From positions 1 to 60,532 of the IMG/VR virus record IMGVR_UViG_3300037440_000200: a stretch of 60,532 nt of DNA. One strand, written 5' to 3'. This stretch comes from a virus. Lineage: Duplodnaviria; Caudoviricetes. Shown piece after piece: positions 21,098 to 31,641 of this stretch (positions within the stretch are counted from its first letter, which is position 1; every line of letters begins with the position of its first letter). The translations under genes were made by a program, and so were the position numbers. Under the pieces are notes generated by a model, which did no database searches, had not been told where the DNA came from, and was given only the letters and a program-made list of their open reading frames with translations.

Positions 21098-21427
21098 GTG
21101 AACAATTTGAAAATCACCAAAGGCCCGTGGAGAGCAGAACTCGTCGATGAGTTCAACCGGCAGCCCTACTACGCGATCATGCAGGCGGAAGGTGTCATCA
21201 GATCACGGATCGGTACTGTCGATATTGCTGTAGATGAGGATGGCCGTGAAAGACCGTCATCGAAAGCCAATGCCCGCGCCGTCGCCTCGCTTCCTGCGCT
21301 GATCGAAGCTCTCGAAATGGTCCGCGACGCCGATGAGGATTGCAAGCGCGATGGTCTGACAACGATGCCGCCTATGGCACGGGCGAAGATTGACGCAGCA
21401 CTGGCCAAAGCACGAGGCGAGCAATGA
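21098..21427 (+). CDS. Hypothetical phage early protein
   Basis: TKGPW ... ANARAVASLPALIEALE ... AALAKARG pattern common in temperate phages. Confidence 0.65.
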   Translation: MNNLKITKGPWRAELVDEFNRQPYYAIMQAEGVIRSRIGTVDIAVDEDGRERPSSKANARAVASLPALIEALEMVRDADEDCKRDGLTTMPPMARAKIDAALAKARGEQ

Positions 21428-22429
21428 GCTTCCACCGTCAACTCAAATCCCTCTCAGACGCCGACTTGCTCCGTCATCTCGAACTTGAACGCAAGCGCGG
21501 ACAGTCAAGACACTGGTGCTACAGCCTGCCCCGTCATCAGGCGCTTTTGGATGAGGTGGAACGGCGCAAGGATCTCGAAAGGAAAGCGGCATGAAAAAGC
21601 ATATCGAAACTCTCCGCATCGCCTTCACGCTGATCATGGCGCGGACTTTCGGAGAGTACATGCACAGCGGATGGACCGAGTTTGATTATGCCAAATACAA
21701 GTGGCGCGGTCGTGAGTGGTGCATCCCGCTATCGCCTTACGAGGTTCGCGAGCTTCGTGATCACAAAGGAAATGTGAGGCTGTCAGCATGAACCGCTACG
21801 CCTGCAAAACCACTATGCGCGGCTACGCCCTCGCATGCGCAGACCTGATCAACAATCTGGATCAGCCGGAGATAGCGCTGAAGCTTCTCCGGGAAGCCGA
21901 AATCACCGCGCGCGATCTCCATAAGATGGATCTGGACGCATACGATTACCAGGCATTGATCGATGTTTTACGCGGGACGGAGTTGGCGGCATGAGCACCA
22001 CCCGCGATCGCAAGATCGAATTCATTGAGCGTCAATTCTCCTACTTGGAAGACGAACGGATAATGCTGTCCCTGTTCCGCCGCGCGGGCCTCGACTGGCT
22101 CTTTGATGAGCAGTTGGAAGCCATCATCAACGAGTGGCTGGAAGTCCAGAAGCAGACGCGGCGCATGAACCGGAGCAACCGGGAGATCGCCAGCGCACGG
22201 CGCGCGGGAGATACGGCATGACAGTCCTCGACCGCATCAACGCCTACACGGCTCACAGGATGGGCATCCTGACGAAAGAAGAACGGGACACAAGGCTAGC
22301 TGACGACAACTGGCCCAAGCATCCAGATGGCACCAACATGACAATCGGTGAAATGTCTCAAGAAGACCGGACACGGATCATGCGTGAAGCATCTGCTCGC
22401 TCCCGCGCCAAGCTCGAAGGGAGCGGAGC

Positions 22430-22852
22430 ATGACCGACAAGATCCCCGCATTGAGCATTCGTCAGCCTTGGGCGTGGGCGATCATCTTTGCCGGCAAGAA
22501 TATCGAAAATCGCGACTGGTCTACGAATTTCCGAGGCGAGTTTTATGTCCACGCCGCTAAGGGTATGACGCACACAGAATACCAGCATTTCGAAGAAATT
22601 TACAATGTTCTTCGGCGCAATGACAGAAAACTGAGACTACCCGAGTTGCCAGCGCCAGCCCTTTTGCTCAAGGGCGGAATTGTCGGAAAAGCGACGCTCG
22701 TTGATTGCGTACAGCAGCATCCATCACCGTGGTTTTTCGGCAAGTACGGCTTTGTCCTGAAGGATACCCAGTATCTCGATTTCATCCGGCTCCGTGGGCA
22801 ACTCGGATTTTTCAACGTCGATCTGAACGACAAGGATGAGAGGCTAGTATGA
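22430..22852 (+). CDS. ASCH domain protein
   Basis: ALSIRQPWAWAI..GKNIENRDWST.FRG..YVHA and RGQLGFF. Confidence 0.88.
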   Translation: MTDKIPALSIRQPWAWAIIFAGKNIENRDWSTNFRGEFYVHAAKGMTHTEYQHFEEIYNVLRRNDRKLRLPELPAPALLLKGGIVGKATLVDCVQQHPSPWFFGKYGFVLKDTQYLDFIRLRGQLGFFNVDLNDKDERLV

Positions 22853-23640
22853 CCACGCAGCAGCTTAAGACGATAGAGCACGGGCAGGACGTTGTTGTCT
22901 CGAACGTCGATCCGATGATCTCCATGATCGAGCGGGTTGCGCTCAATCCTCAGATCCCGATTGAACGCCTTGAAAGCCTGCTCACCATGAAAGAGCGGCT
23001 GGACGATCGCGCCCGCGAAGCGGAAGAGCGCGAGCAGGTGAAAGCCTATCACCGGGCGATGGCAGTATGCCAGTCCAAGCTGAAAGTGGTGGCCAAGAAC
23101 AAGTCCAACACACAGACCAGCTCGAAATATGCCGACCTCGCCGCGCTATCGAAGGCTGTCGACCCGGTGATCCATGAGAACGGATTTTCGCTTTCGTTTT
23201 CACCCGCTGGAACGAGCGAAAGCGGCGACCAGCTCCTAGAATGGACTATCGCGCATTGCGACGGACACATCAAGACCGGCATCGCCGCGCTTCCTACCGA
23301 CAAGACCGGCGCGAAAGGCAATGTCAACAAGACCGACATGCACGCCTTCGGCTCGGCTGCCACGTATGGAAGACGCTATTTGAAGCTGATGCTGTTCGAT
23401 ATCGCGACCGGCGACGATGACGACGGCAATGCGGCTGGCGGCGTGCAGTTCATCACCGAAGATCAGTGCAATGAACTGTTTACAATGGCAGAAGCGGCAC
23501 ATGCTGACAAGATCAAATTTTGCGAAACGCTCGGCGTCGAAGGCTTTCCATCAATCCCAGCGAACCAGTTCTTCAAGGCCAAGTCCTGGCTGCAAGCGAA
23601 GATGCTGCAAAAGAAAAAAGAGGATGCATCCCTTGATTGA
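22849..23640 (+). CDS. erf: ERF-family single-strand annealing protein
   Basis: SKYADLA..PV..ENGFS; HAFGSAATYGRRY; TGDDDDGN. Confidence 0.9.
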   Translation: MTTQQLKTIEHGQDVVVSNVDPMISMIERVALNPQIPIERLESLLTMKERLDDRAREAEEREQVKAYHRAMAVCQSKLKVVAKNKSNTQTSSKYADLAALSKAVDPVIHENGFSLSFSPAGTSESGDQLLEWTIAHCDGHIKTGIAALPTDKTGAKGNVNKTDMHAFGSAATYGRRYLKLMLFDIATGDDDDGNAAGGVQFITEDQCNELFTMAEAAHADKIKFCETLGVEGFPSIPANQFFKAKSWLQAKMLQKKKEDASLD

Positions 23641-24259
23641 GATTTTCGAGGATCTGGAACAGAACAGCGACGCATGGAGAGCCTGCCGGGCAGGCCTGCC
23701 CACGGCAAGTTGCTTCAGCGACATTCTCGCCAAGGGCCAAGGCAAGACGCGCGCCTCGTACATGCGGCGGCTGGCTGCCGAGGTGATAACCGGGGAGCCG
23801 CTCGAAAGCTTCACGTCGGCAGCGATGGAACGCGGCCATGCGCTCGAAGGTGAAGCGCGCCAGCTTTATGGATTCATGAATGACGTAGAGCCGAAGCAAA
23901 TCGGCTTCATCCGCAATGACAGAAAAGGCTGCTCGCCGGATTCGCTGATCGGCGACAACGCCATGTTGGAAATCAAAACCCAGCGCGGCGATCTGCTGAT
24001 CGAGACCATCCTGAAAGACGAGTTTCCCAGCACTCACGTCGCTCAGGTGCAGGGACAGCTTTGGATTGCCGAGCGAGAATATTGCGACCTGCTGGTCTAT
24101 TGGCCGGGGCTGCCGCCGTTCATTAAACGCGCTTATCGCGACGAGAAATTCATATCCGAGCTTTCCCGCGCCGTCTCCGACTTCAATGCCGATTTAGACG
24201 CTCTTGTCGAGCGCATCCGCTCTTACGGCGGTCATGACGCTATAGGAGAAGCAGCATGA
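23624..24259 (+). CDS. YqaJ/lambda-type exonuclease
   Basis: QNSDAW..RAGLPTAS, MERGHALE, GCSPDSL, LEIK, QVQGQLW. Confidence 0.9.
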   Translation: MHPLIEIFEDLEQNSDAWRACRAGLPTASCFSDILAKGQGKTRASYMRRLAAEVITGEPLESFTSAAMERGHALEGEARQLYGFMNDVEPKQIGFIRNDRKGCSPDSLIGDNAMLEIKTQRGDLLIETILKDEFPSTHVAQVQGQLWIAEREYCDLLVYWPGLPPFIKRAYRDEKFISELSRAVSDFNADLDALVERIRSYGGHDAIGEAA

Positions 24260-24347
24260 CCGAGCACGATCCGAACGCCTGGCTACTCCTAGCGCTTATT
24301 TGCGCCTGCATTCTTGTGTGGGTGCTGGTGTTCTTGAGGATGTCGAG

Positions 24348-24866
24348 ATGAGACAAGGCACTCCGCTCACATACCGTTGGTTAGGCGACAGCTTCGAGAT
24401 CCTCCCGCGCCATCAGAAGGCGGCGGATGCGGAGTTCGTAATCGGCGAAGTCTACACGCTCGAAGAGGTCAAGGGCCGCTCGCAGGTCAGTCACAACCAT
24501 TTTTTTGCAGCTGTCCACTCAGGCTGGTTGAATTTGCCGGAGCAGAAAGCCGAACGTTTTCCGACGTCGGAGCATCTCCGCAAATGGTGCCTGATCAAAT
24601 CTGGCTTCCACGACCAGCGCTCAATCGTGGCTGCGTCGAAAGCCGAAGCCCTGCGCGTCGCCGCATTCATCAGGCCTATCGACGAGTTCGCCGTCGTTGT
24701 CGTCTCAGAATGCACTGTAACGGTCTACACGGCGAAAAGCCAGAGCAAGAAGGCAATGGGCGCGGCCGATTTTCAGGCATCGAAACAAGCCGTTCTCGAT
24801 CTGATTGACAGCATGCTTGCCGTTTCGCCGGGCGATACACAGAAGAACGCGGAGGAAGTTTCATGA
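24348..24866 (+). CDS. Recombination-associated protein (NinB/DUF1367-like)
   Basis: RSQVSHNHFFA, SEHLRKWCLIKSG, AKSQS...M...DF; follows exonuclease. Confidence 0.5.
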   Translation: MRQGTPLTYRWLGDSFEILPRHQKAADAEFVIGEVYTLEEVKGRSQVSHNHFFAAVHSGWLNLPEQKAERFPTSEHLRKWCLIKSGFHDQRSIVAASKAEALRVAAFIRPIDEFAVVVVSECTVTVYTAKSQSKKAMGAADFQASKQAVLDLIDSMLAVSPGDTQKNAEEVS

Positions 24867-25806
24867 AAAACACTAACGAAGAAACCGTGACGCTGACACG
24901 TGAAAAATACGACGGGCTAATTTCGAATCTAGGCATCGCCATTGGCATGCTTCGCGGTCTCGGCGTCCATTTCGACAGAGAAGTCTCACGCAGCAACATA
25001 GTGGTTATGGACGCGCATGCATTGAAGAAAATTACCAGCGACTGCCGAGATGTTGCCTCAACTGCCGAGAAGGTCATCTCAAATCTGCATACTGAAGAAC
25101 CTAAGGCAGGCTGACATGACCCGCCCCTGGCTCCGCCCAAACGACAAAGGCATCTACATCTGTGAGGCGCTTGAAGACCAGATAGAGGCGCGTATGGAGC
25201 CACGAGCACCGTCTCGGGACAGATGGTTCTGGCTGAGAGTAGCGGGATACGCGGGGGCGGCGGTCGGCACAAAGGCTGGGGCTATAGCTGGGTTTGTTCT
25301 GATGTCTCCGGTGATCGTGGGGATTTGGGTTTGGAGGAGGGTGAAGCGGTGACGAAGCACAGAGACTGGATTGCCGACTATTACGTCGATCAGAACTGCA
25401 CCTTAAAACCGGACGGACTTGACGAGATTTCGGTTCGCGCTGTCATCGGTCAGATCATCGATAAGATGGAAGAAATGGATATGCCAGAGCAGGAGATTAT
25501 CTCCATTTTATTGCCTGTCGATCATCCGCTGAACGGCCCAGAAGGCCGGTGATTTGGGCGGCGAGGAAGATGAGGAGAGCTTGGAATGGCTGAAACGTCG
25601 CTGCTGATAGCCAATGAAAAGCTGGACAAGGCAGAAAAGAGAATAGCCGTTCTGCGTGATCTTGTCGATTACACGATTGCGATAATTACGGCTGCAGGCG
25701 GTCGAGTGGAAGTGCCGGCAGGCAAGCTTGATGAATGGTCGAGCAGAGAATGGCGTCATGAGAACGACGGCGTCACGCATGTCTTTACGACCAAGGCCAA
25801 ATCGTC

Positions 25807-26244
25807 ATGAACACGCGCCAGATCGCCCCACGCAAACAGAACCGGAAGCGACTTGAGTTCGACAAAAAGACCAAGATCGAAATGTTCAAGCGCGCCGGTG
25901 GGCCGGAAGACCTGCGATGCGAGGGAACCGGCTGCGGCATCCCGCTGCGCGGCAAGCCATTCGAGTACGACCATACGCTTGAATGTTGGGAGATGGAAGA
26001 CATTGAGCACGGCTTGCGGCCACCGCTGACGGCTGAAGACGGGAAGCTCCTGTGCATCCCATGCCATCAGGAAAAGACAGGCAGGAAAGCCGGAGAGCGT
26101 GCCCACGGCAAGCGCATTGTAGCGAAGGCGGCGCGGGCTGAAACTAAGAAACGATCTTCGTTCAGGACCAACAGAGACAGTCCGTACAAGGTCAAAATGG
26201 ATGGCACCGTCGTTTGGCGGGAAACAGGGGAACCGGTGAAATGA
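25807..26244 (+). CDS. HNH-type endonuclease
   Basis: CEGTGC..EYDH..LLCIPCHQEKT and KVKMDGTVV tail. Confidence 0.75.
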   Translation: MNTRQIAPRKQNRKRLEFDKKTKIEMFKRAGGPEDLRCEGTGCGIPLRGKPFEYDHTLECWEMEDIEHGLRPPLTAEDGKLLCIPCHQEKTGRKAGERAHGKRIVAKAARAETKKRSSFRTNRDSPYKVKMDGTVVWRETGEPVK

Positions 26245-26678
26245 GAAACCTTCACTTGTTGGATGCATACCGCGTCCGGGGTCGCGATCTACCGGCGCAT
26301 TTTCGCGGATACTCTGGCGACGAAACCTGCGGAGCGTTCCGCGTCCCGTCGCCTATCGACAAGGCGACGCTCACCATTATGGCGTCCAGTGATTTCGGCT
26401 GGGAGCACGTCTCGGTATCGCGCGTGAACCGCTGCCCCAACTGGATCGAGATGTCTCATGTGAAGCACCTGTTTTTCGGCGATGACGAAACCGTCATGCA
26501 GCTTCATGTTCCGTCCTCGGACCATATCAACGAACATCCGAATTGTCTGCATCTGTGGCGACCAACGCATGAAGAAATTCCGAGACCGCCATCATGGATG
26601 GTCGGCGGATCGCCAAGCGAAGCAGAAGCGGAAATGACTAAGCTTGACCCGATGACCGGGAAACCGAAAGCGGCATGA
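26241..26678 (+). CDS. Conserved hypothetical phage protein
   Basis: GWEHVSVS..RCPNWIEM..VK.LFF..VMQLH..INEHPNCLHLWRP. Confidence 0.7.
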   Translation: MRNLHLLDAYRVRGRDLPAHFRGYSGDETCGAFRVPSPIDKATLTIMASSDFGWEHVSVSRVNRCPNWIEMSHVKHLFFGDDETVMQLHVPSSDHINEHPNCLHLWRPTHEEIPRPPSWMVGGSPSEAEAEMTKLDPMTGKPKAA

Positions 26679-26679
26679 G

Positions 26680-27039
26680 ATGACCAACACCATCCACGAA
26701 CAGATCGGCAAAAACCTGAGAGCCTTGCGCCTGGCAAAAGAGATGTCACAGGGCGAACTCGGCGAGAAGATCGGCGTAAGTTTCCAGCAGATCGGTAAAT
26801 ATGAAAGCGGGGCCAACGCCATCAATCCCGACAGGATGATCAGGATCGCCAAGGCGCTCGATTGCACGATCAACGATTTCTACCGCGGCGCATTCGACGA
26901 CAAGGCGACGCCGTTCGACTGGAACAGCCTTCTCACCAAGACCGATTTTAACATCGTCTACCTGTTCGATGCAATCGCGTCGCCAAGGCAGAAACGAGCC
27001 TTGCTGAGATTGGCGAAGACGATGGCTGAGGTGGAATGA
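26680..27039 (+). CDS. XRE-family HTH regulator
   Basis: IGKNLRALR..MSQGELGEKIGVSFQQIGKYESGAN. Confidence 0.9.
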   Translation: MTNTIHEQIGKNLRALRLAKEMSQGELGEKIGVSFQQIGKYESGANAINPDRMIRIAKALDCTINDFYRGAFDDKATPFDWNSLLTKTDFNIVYLFDAIASPRQKRALLRLAKTMAEVE

Positions 27040-27991
27040 TGTCTGACGGAAAAATCCTTGAATGCCTCGAAGTGGCGAAATCTCAATCTGACGCCGAGAT
27101 CTCCGCGCTTAAGGAAAAGCTGAACGAGGCGGAACAGATCATCAAAAGCTTCCATCTCGAATACGTCGATTACAGCGTCCTCAACAATCTGTCCGGACAC
27201 AACAACCATAATGCACGCTGGGCAAGGCGGTTTCTGGGCATGGAAGAAGAAATGTCGCTCGATGATGCCCGCTCTTTCCTGAAGGAGAACGAGAATGTCG
27301 GCTGACATGGACAAGCTGAAAGAGAAGATCCGCGAAAGGATCGGCATTGAACATTGCGCCACATGCTCAGACGGCGGGGAGTGTCTGCTAGACGGCGACG
27401 GTTGGACTTGCATCTGCTTGGAAGAGGCAGAAGCCGCTCTCTCCGCGATAGAATCCGCAGGCTTCGTCCTCATGCCGAAGGATCAGATCCTACGCAAGAT
27501 GTCAAAAGATGAATTCTCAGACTTGATGGCGGGGATACCGTTCAGGGAGAATGATTTGGGGTGTCAGGCGTCACCCGGAATAAAAGGCGATACGGTATCG
27601 CGCGAAGGCGCTCTTCAATCTGACATCATAGCGGAAGCGTTCGATCCTGAACTATGGGTCAAGGCCGATCTCTCAACGCATTTCCACCAAATGCAAGTGC
27701 AGGGATTTCTATACGGCAACCGCCATGTCGTGCGGGATTGCATGAAAGAACGTGATCAGATCGTCTGGGAAAAGGCGACCCCTGAAGGAGGTGACGGCTT
27801 CAGAGAGAGCGAAGAAAAGCAGCACTTTATGGACGTCTATTGCGCCAGCCTGATCGCGGCGGAATATGGCCGTTTACGCAAGGCGGCAAACTCCCAAGGC
27901 CAGATTGATGAGCCCGGCACGGGCGATGAGATGACCGCTGCAAGCGATGGCGTTTGCCTGACACCAAGAAAAATCAATCAGGAGTCGGACA

Positions 27992-28456
27992 ATGGCTGAT
28001 CTATCCAGAGAAGAGATAGAGGAACTGATCGATCGGCTTGAAGGCGAAGCCGAAGAGTCAACCGCATATGAGGATGTCGTTATTATAGATGGGACGAAAG
28101 TTCAAGCCGCCTCTGCCATCCGTCAGCTTCTGTCTGCTACGGAGTGGAAGCCAATAGAGACGGCACCGAAGGACGGGACTGAAATCCTGCTTACCGGAAC
28201 AATGAACGTAGATGGCGAGGACTACCCGGAGCACGTAGCCGCTGAAATCTCCGCGTCGCGTCCAGTTGTCATCGGCAGGTGGACCTCTTCTTCTGGCTGC
28301 ACGATCTGGCAGGACGAGGAAACCAGTGAACTTCGCCGAGTGCAGGTTCGCGAGCGGTGGCACCACGCTGGTTGGGACGTTGAAAGCAATGGCTTGGAGC
28401 CTACGCACTGGATGCCGCTCCCTCTTCCCCCGTCTCCACTCATAGAGGGAGAGTAG
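27992..28456 (+). CDS. DUF551-like protein
   Basis: WKPIETAPKDGTEILL ... PTHWMPLP. Confidence 0.75.
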   Translation: MADLSREEIEELIDRLEGEAEESTAYEDVVIIDGTKVQAASAIRQLLSATEWKPIETAPKDGTEILLTGTMNVDGEDYPEHVAAEISASRPVVIGRWTSSSGCTIWQDEETSELRRVQVRERWHHAGWDVESNGLEPTHWMPLPLPPSPLIEGE

Positions 28457-28457
28457 C

Positions 28458-28673
28458 ATGGCGATTTTAAAACCATGCCCATTCTGCGGAACTCCTGACG
28501 GTCCCCACGGCCCGAGCGTGTTCACTGAATCCGGCAAGAGCTTCGTCGGCTGCATCAAATGCGGAGCGCGCGGGCCTGCAACCGACGCCAGCGACTATAC
28601 GCGCGACAAATACATAGTCGGGTTATGGAACAGCCGCTCCGTTTCCCCCAGCTCATCCGAGGGAGAGAGATAA
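28458..28673 (+). CDS. Lar-like (restriction alleviation) zinc-finger protein
   Basis: LKPCPFCG ... CIKCGARGP ... WNSR. Confidence 0.75.
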   Translation: MAILKPCPFCGTPDGPHGPSVFTESGKSFVGCIKCGARGPATDASDYTRDKYIVGLWNSRSVSPSSSEGER

Positions 28674-29017
28674 TGGCTGACATCACGATCGAAAAGCTCA
28701 GAGCCGAACTGACGGCTTCCATTCAGTTGAATGCGCACGATGGCGTCGAGTCCATCAGGCTCGATGCTGAGAGCGTGGATTGCATGGTGACGGCCATCCT
28801 TGGGTCAATCGAAAAACTCGGCCTCGGCGTCGTGCCGCTCGAACCGAACATGGAGATCGTCAAGGCTGGTCAGAACTGGATCGGATGGCACGGTTGGAAG
28901 CCGATGGTAAGCGCCGTGAACTTGGTTCCGCCCGCCGCCCCCAGCCTCAGTAATACCGGAGAGAGTGAGTGAGCCACCCGGAACTGCCAAAGGTGCCCAG
29001 TTTGAGGGAAAACACTG

Positions 29018-29341
29018 ATGAGTGACGCCAAAGAAATCTGTCATGATGAAGTCCGGGATGGTGCAAGATACACGCCGGACGAGCTTGCGCGCTTGTTCAA
29101 GGTCTCTGCCGACACGATCCGCAAGGCGGTAAGGACCGGCGAACTCGTGGCGCGCAGGAGCGGCCGGAACATCATCATTCAGGGTAGCGAAGCCAACGCA
29201 TGGTATGAATCATGGCCGAAAACTACAGGACGAACAAGCTCAAGGGACGATGGTGCGTCGTCTGGGGAACCGGAAAAGACCGCAAGCGCTATCGCCTTCC
29301 GAAGCACATTATCACACAGGCCGATGCCGATGAAGAACTGA
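29018..29341 (+). CDS. xis: Excisionase-like HTH protein
   Basis: YTPDELARLFKVSADTIRKAVRTGELVARRSG; overlaps integrase 5' end. Confidence 0.75.
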   Translation: MSDAKEICHDEVRDGARYTPDELARLFKVSADTIRKAVRTGELVARRSGRNIIIQGSEANAWYESWPKTTGRTSSRDDGASSGEPEKTASAIAFRSTLSHRPMPMKN

Positions 29342-30303
29342 GGCGCTTTGTCAGCGCCCGCAGGGTTCTCGAACGAGCAACGACCGGCGATCTCGCGCCG
29401 CTCATGATCAGCGATGTCCATGAGCAATACTGCGAATACAAGCAGATGGAGGGCAAGAACACCGCACAGGCCGGATATGCATGGAAAGCGCTCAAGCCGC
29501 TATTCGGATCAAGCAGCGTCGCGTCTCTCAATAGCAAGATCACGTTTCGCGACAAGCAGCTCACGCTCCCGCAGAAATTCGCGATCATGCAGGACGAGGC
29601 CGGGTACGCCCGCGACACCATATGGAACCAGCTTTCATATCTGCGCACCTGGATTAGCTGGGCATACAAGCAAAAGCTCGAAGGGCTGCCGAAGCGTCAG
29701 CCTTACATATGGGTGCCGTCGAAAGGCGATCCACGGGATATCGTCCCGGAAGAATGGGAAGTGCGCAAGATTCTCGAATGCTGCCGCGCTCCGCATATCC
29801 GTCTGTTCGCGCTCATAGCAATCACAACCGGCGCGCGCAAGGGCGCGATTCTTGATCTGACGTGGGACCGGATCGACTTCGACCGGCGCATCATTGATTT
29901 TCGCAGTCGGCAGGAAAAGGACATTCTCGACAAGAGCAGCCTGAAGGGTCGGGCCGTCGTTGAGTTTGATACTGTGCTGGAACTGGCGCTCCACGAAGCC
30001 GAGGAAGTGGCGAGGTCAAACTACGTCGTCGAATACAAGGGCAAGAAGGTGAATGACGTGAAGAAGGGATTTGCCGCCGCGGTCGAGCGCGCCGGGCTGA
30101 GCGAGCGAAAGATCGGGCCGCATTCCTTCCGGCGCGGCCTGGCGACGTTCCTCGCCGATGAGCGGATCGACATGCGCGAGATTCAGAAGATGCTCGGACA
30201 CAAGGACATCAAGACCACGGAGCAGATTTACGCTCGCTACCGAACCGGCTATCTGTCGCGCGCCGCGAACGTGATCAACCTAAAACTTGCGAGGGAAGCG
30301 TGA
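29212..30303 (+). CDS. int: Tyrosine integrase
   Basis: TGARKGAILDLTWDRIDF, HSFRR, LGHKDIKTTEQIY catalytic motifs. Confidence 0.95.
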   Translation: MAENYRTNKLKGRWCVVWGTGKDRKRYRLPKHIITQADADEELRRFVSARRVLERATTGDLAPLMISDVHEQYCEYKQMEGKNTAQAGYAWKALKPLFGSSSVASLNSKITFRDKQLTLPQKFAIMQDEAGYARDTIWNQLSYLRTWISWAYKQKLEGLPKRQPYIWVPSKGDPRDIVPEEWEVRKILECCRAPHIRLFALIAITTGARKGAILDLTWDRIDFDRRIIDFRSRQEKDILDKSSLKGRAVVEFDTVLELALHEAEEVARSNYVVEYKGKKVNDVKKGFAAAVERAGLSERKIGPHSFRRGLATFLADERIDMREIQKMLGHKDIKTTEQIYARYRTGYLSRAANVINLKLAREA

Positions 30304-30378
30304 TGGTGGACGCGACAGGGATTGAACCTGTGACCCCTGCCATGTCAAGGCAGTGCTCTACCGCTGAGCTACGCGTCC
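30304..30378 (-). tRNA. tRNA-Val(GAC), complete with encoded CCA; probable attP
   Basis: Reverse complement GGACGCGTAGCTCAGCGGTAGAGCACTGCCTTGACATGGCAGGGGTCACAGGTTCAATCCCTGTCGCGTCCACCA folds as a cloverleaf with GAC anticodon. Confidence 0.93.
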
Positions 30379-30613
30379 AAGTTGATAATTTCAGCCTATA
30401 CACTTGGTCAAAAAAGTTCATTGAACCTATGCATGTTGAAAAACTCTATGCGTCACTTGGCTTTTTCGACTGTCTCCCCTACGATGTCAACGTAGTGGAC
30501 CCTCGCCGATCAAGGCGTTTCAACACTCAAAACCGCAATTTTCGCACCGTCTTACGATATGGCCGTGATTTGTTCTCGGTCCATGAGGTTCGGCGAACCA
30601 AGGAGCGCTACGA

Positions 30614-31102
30614 ATGCTGATCACGATCGAGCAGCTTCAGGAGAAGTATCCCGCCAATGCAACTCCGTCCGCACGGTGGCTGTCAAAGAAGGCGGCGGAG
30701 TACGGGATCGCCGAGAAGATCGGCAACCGCATTTACGTCCGTGAAGATTTCATGACGGTACACCTGAACGGCGACGCCGATTACGGGCAGGAATTGCCGC
30801 CTGCCCCTGGAACGTGGGACAATCCGAACGGGTGGGTTTATTTCATCGCGAGTCCCGGCGGCGGTTTCGTAAAGATCGGTCGATCCGTCAACGCGCAGAC
30901 CCGCATGCGCAGATTACAAGTCTCTCATTACGGGCGATTGGCACTGATCTTTGCCATCGAAGGAGCCGACAAGCTCGAAGCTGAGCTTCACGAGCGTTTC
31001 AAAGCGCACCATTCGAGTGGCGAGTGGTTCCGCTGGTCGGAAGAGATTGCTGATTTTATCGATGGCGAGCGAGCGGCGTGCATAAAACGGCGGGAGCGCT
31101 GA
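30614..31102 (+). CDS. GIY-YIG (T5orf172/MUG113-like) protein with N-terminal HTH-like region
   Basis: WVYFI..FVKIGRS..RMRRLQ..LEAELHERF..GEWF. Confidence 0.8.
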   Translation: MLITIEQLQEKYPANATPSARWLSKKAAEYGIAEKIGNRIYVREDFMTVHLNGDADYGQELPPAPGTWDNPNGWVYFIASPGGGFVKIGRSVNAQTRMRRLQVSHYGRLALIFAIEGADKLEAELHERFKAHHSSGEWFRWSEEIADFIDGERAACIKRRER

Positions 31103-31184
31103 GGGGACACCTGTTCTAACCGAACGCGCCATGCTCTCCGTATAGAGGGGGGTTCGATGAAAGTTCTGAGGAAAGGAGAGAAAG

Positions 31185-31571
31185 ATGGGAATGTTCGATT
31201 ATTTCAAATGCGAGATGCCCCTTCCTGACGGAACTCCGGCTCTCGACTGGCAGACAAAAAGCCTTGAGTGCGGCATGAACTGGTATGCGATCAGAGAGAA
31301 CGGTCAACTCGTTGACCGGCGTATCCGTCGTGATCTAAAGCCGGACGCGCCTGAACAACCCGAAGTGACCCGTTTCGAGGATATAATTAGAGGACCGTAC
31401 GCTGAGTGGTCAAGGGATTGGTGGGAACCGAAAGAAGGGCCTGACGAGCCGGTAAACTACACTGGCGAAATCAAGTTCTACTCAATGGAAGACGCCACAC
31501 AGCAGTGGTGGGAGTTTTGCGCATTTGTCGAATCTGGCAGGTGCTTCAAGATTGTGCAGATCGAACCATGA
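31185..31571 (+). CDS. Hypothetical phage protein
   Basis: MGMFDY..WQTKSLEC..YTGEIKFY..WWEF pattern; strong RBS. Confidence 0.65.
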   Translation: MGMFDYFKCEMPLPDGTPALDWQTKSLECGMNWYAIRENGQLVDRRIRRDLKPDAPEQPEVTRFEDIIRGPYAEWSRDWWEPKEGPDEPVNYTGEIKFYSMEDATQQWWEFCAFVESGRCFKIVQIEP

Positions 31572-31641
31572 AGCCGCCTAAACACCCATTCCCCCGCACG
31601 CTCTATACGCGGGAGAGGAAAATAGAAAAAGGAAATAGAGA

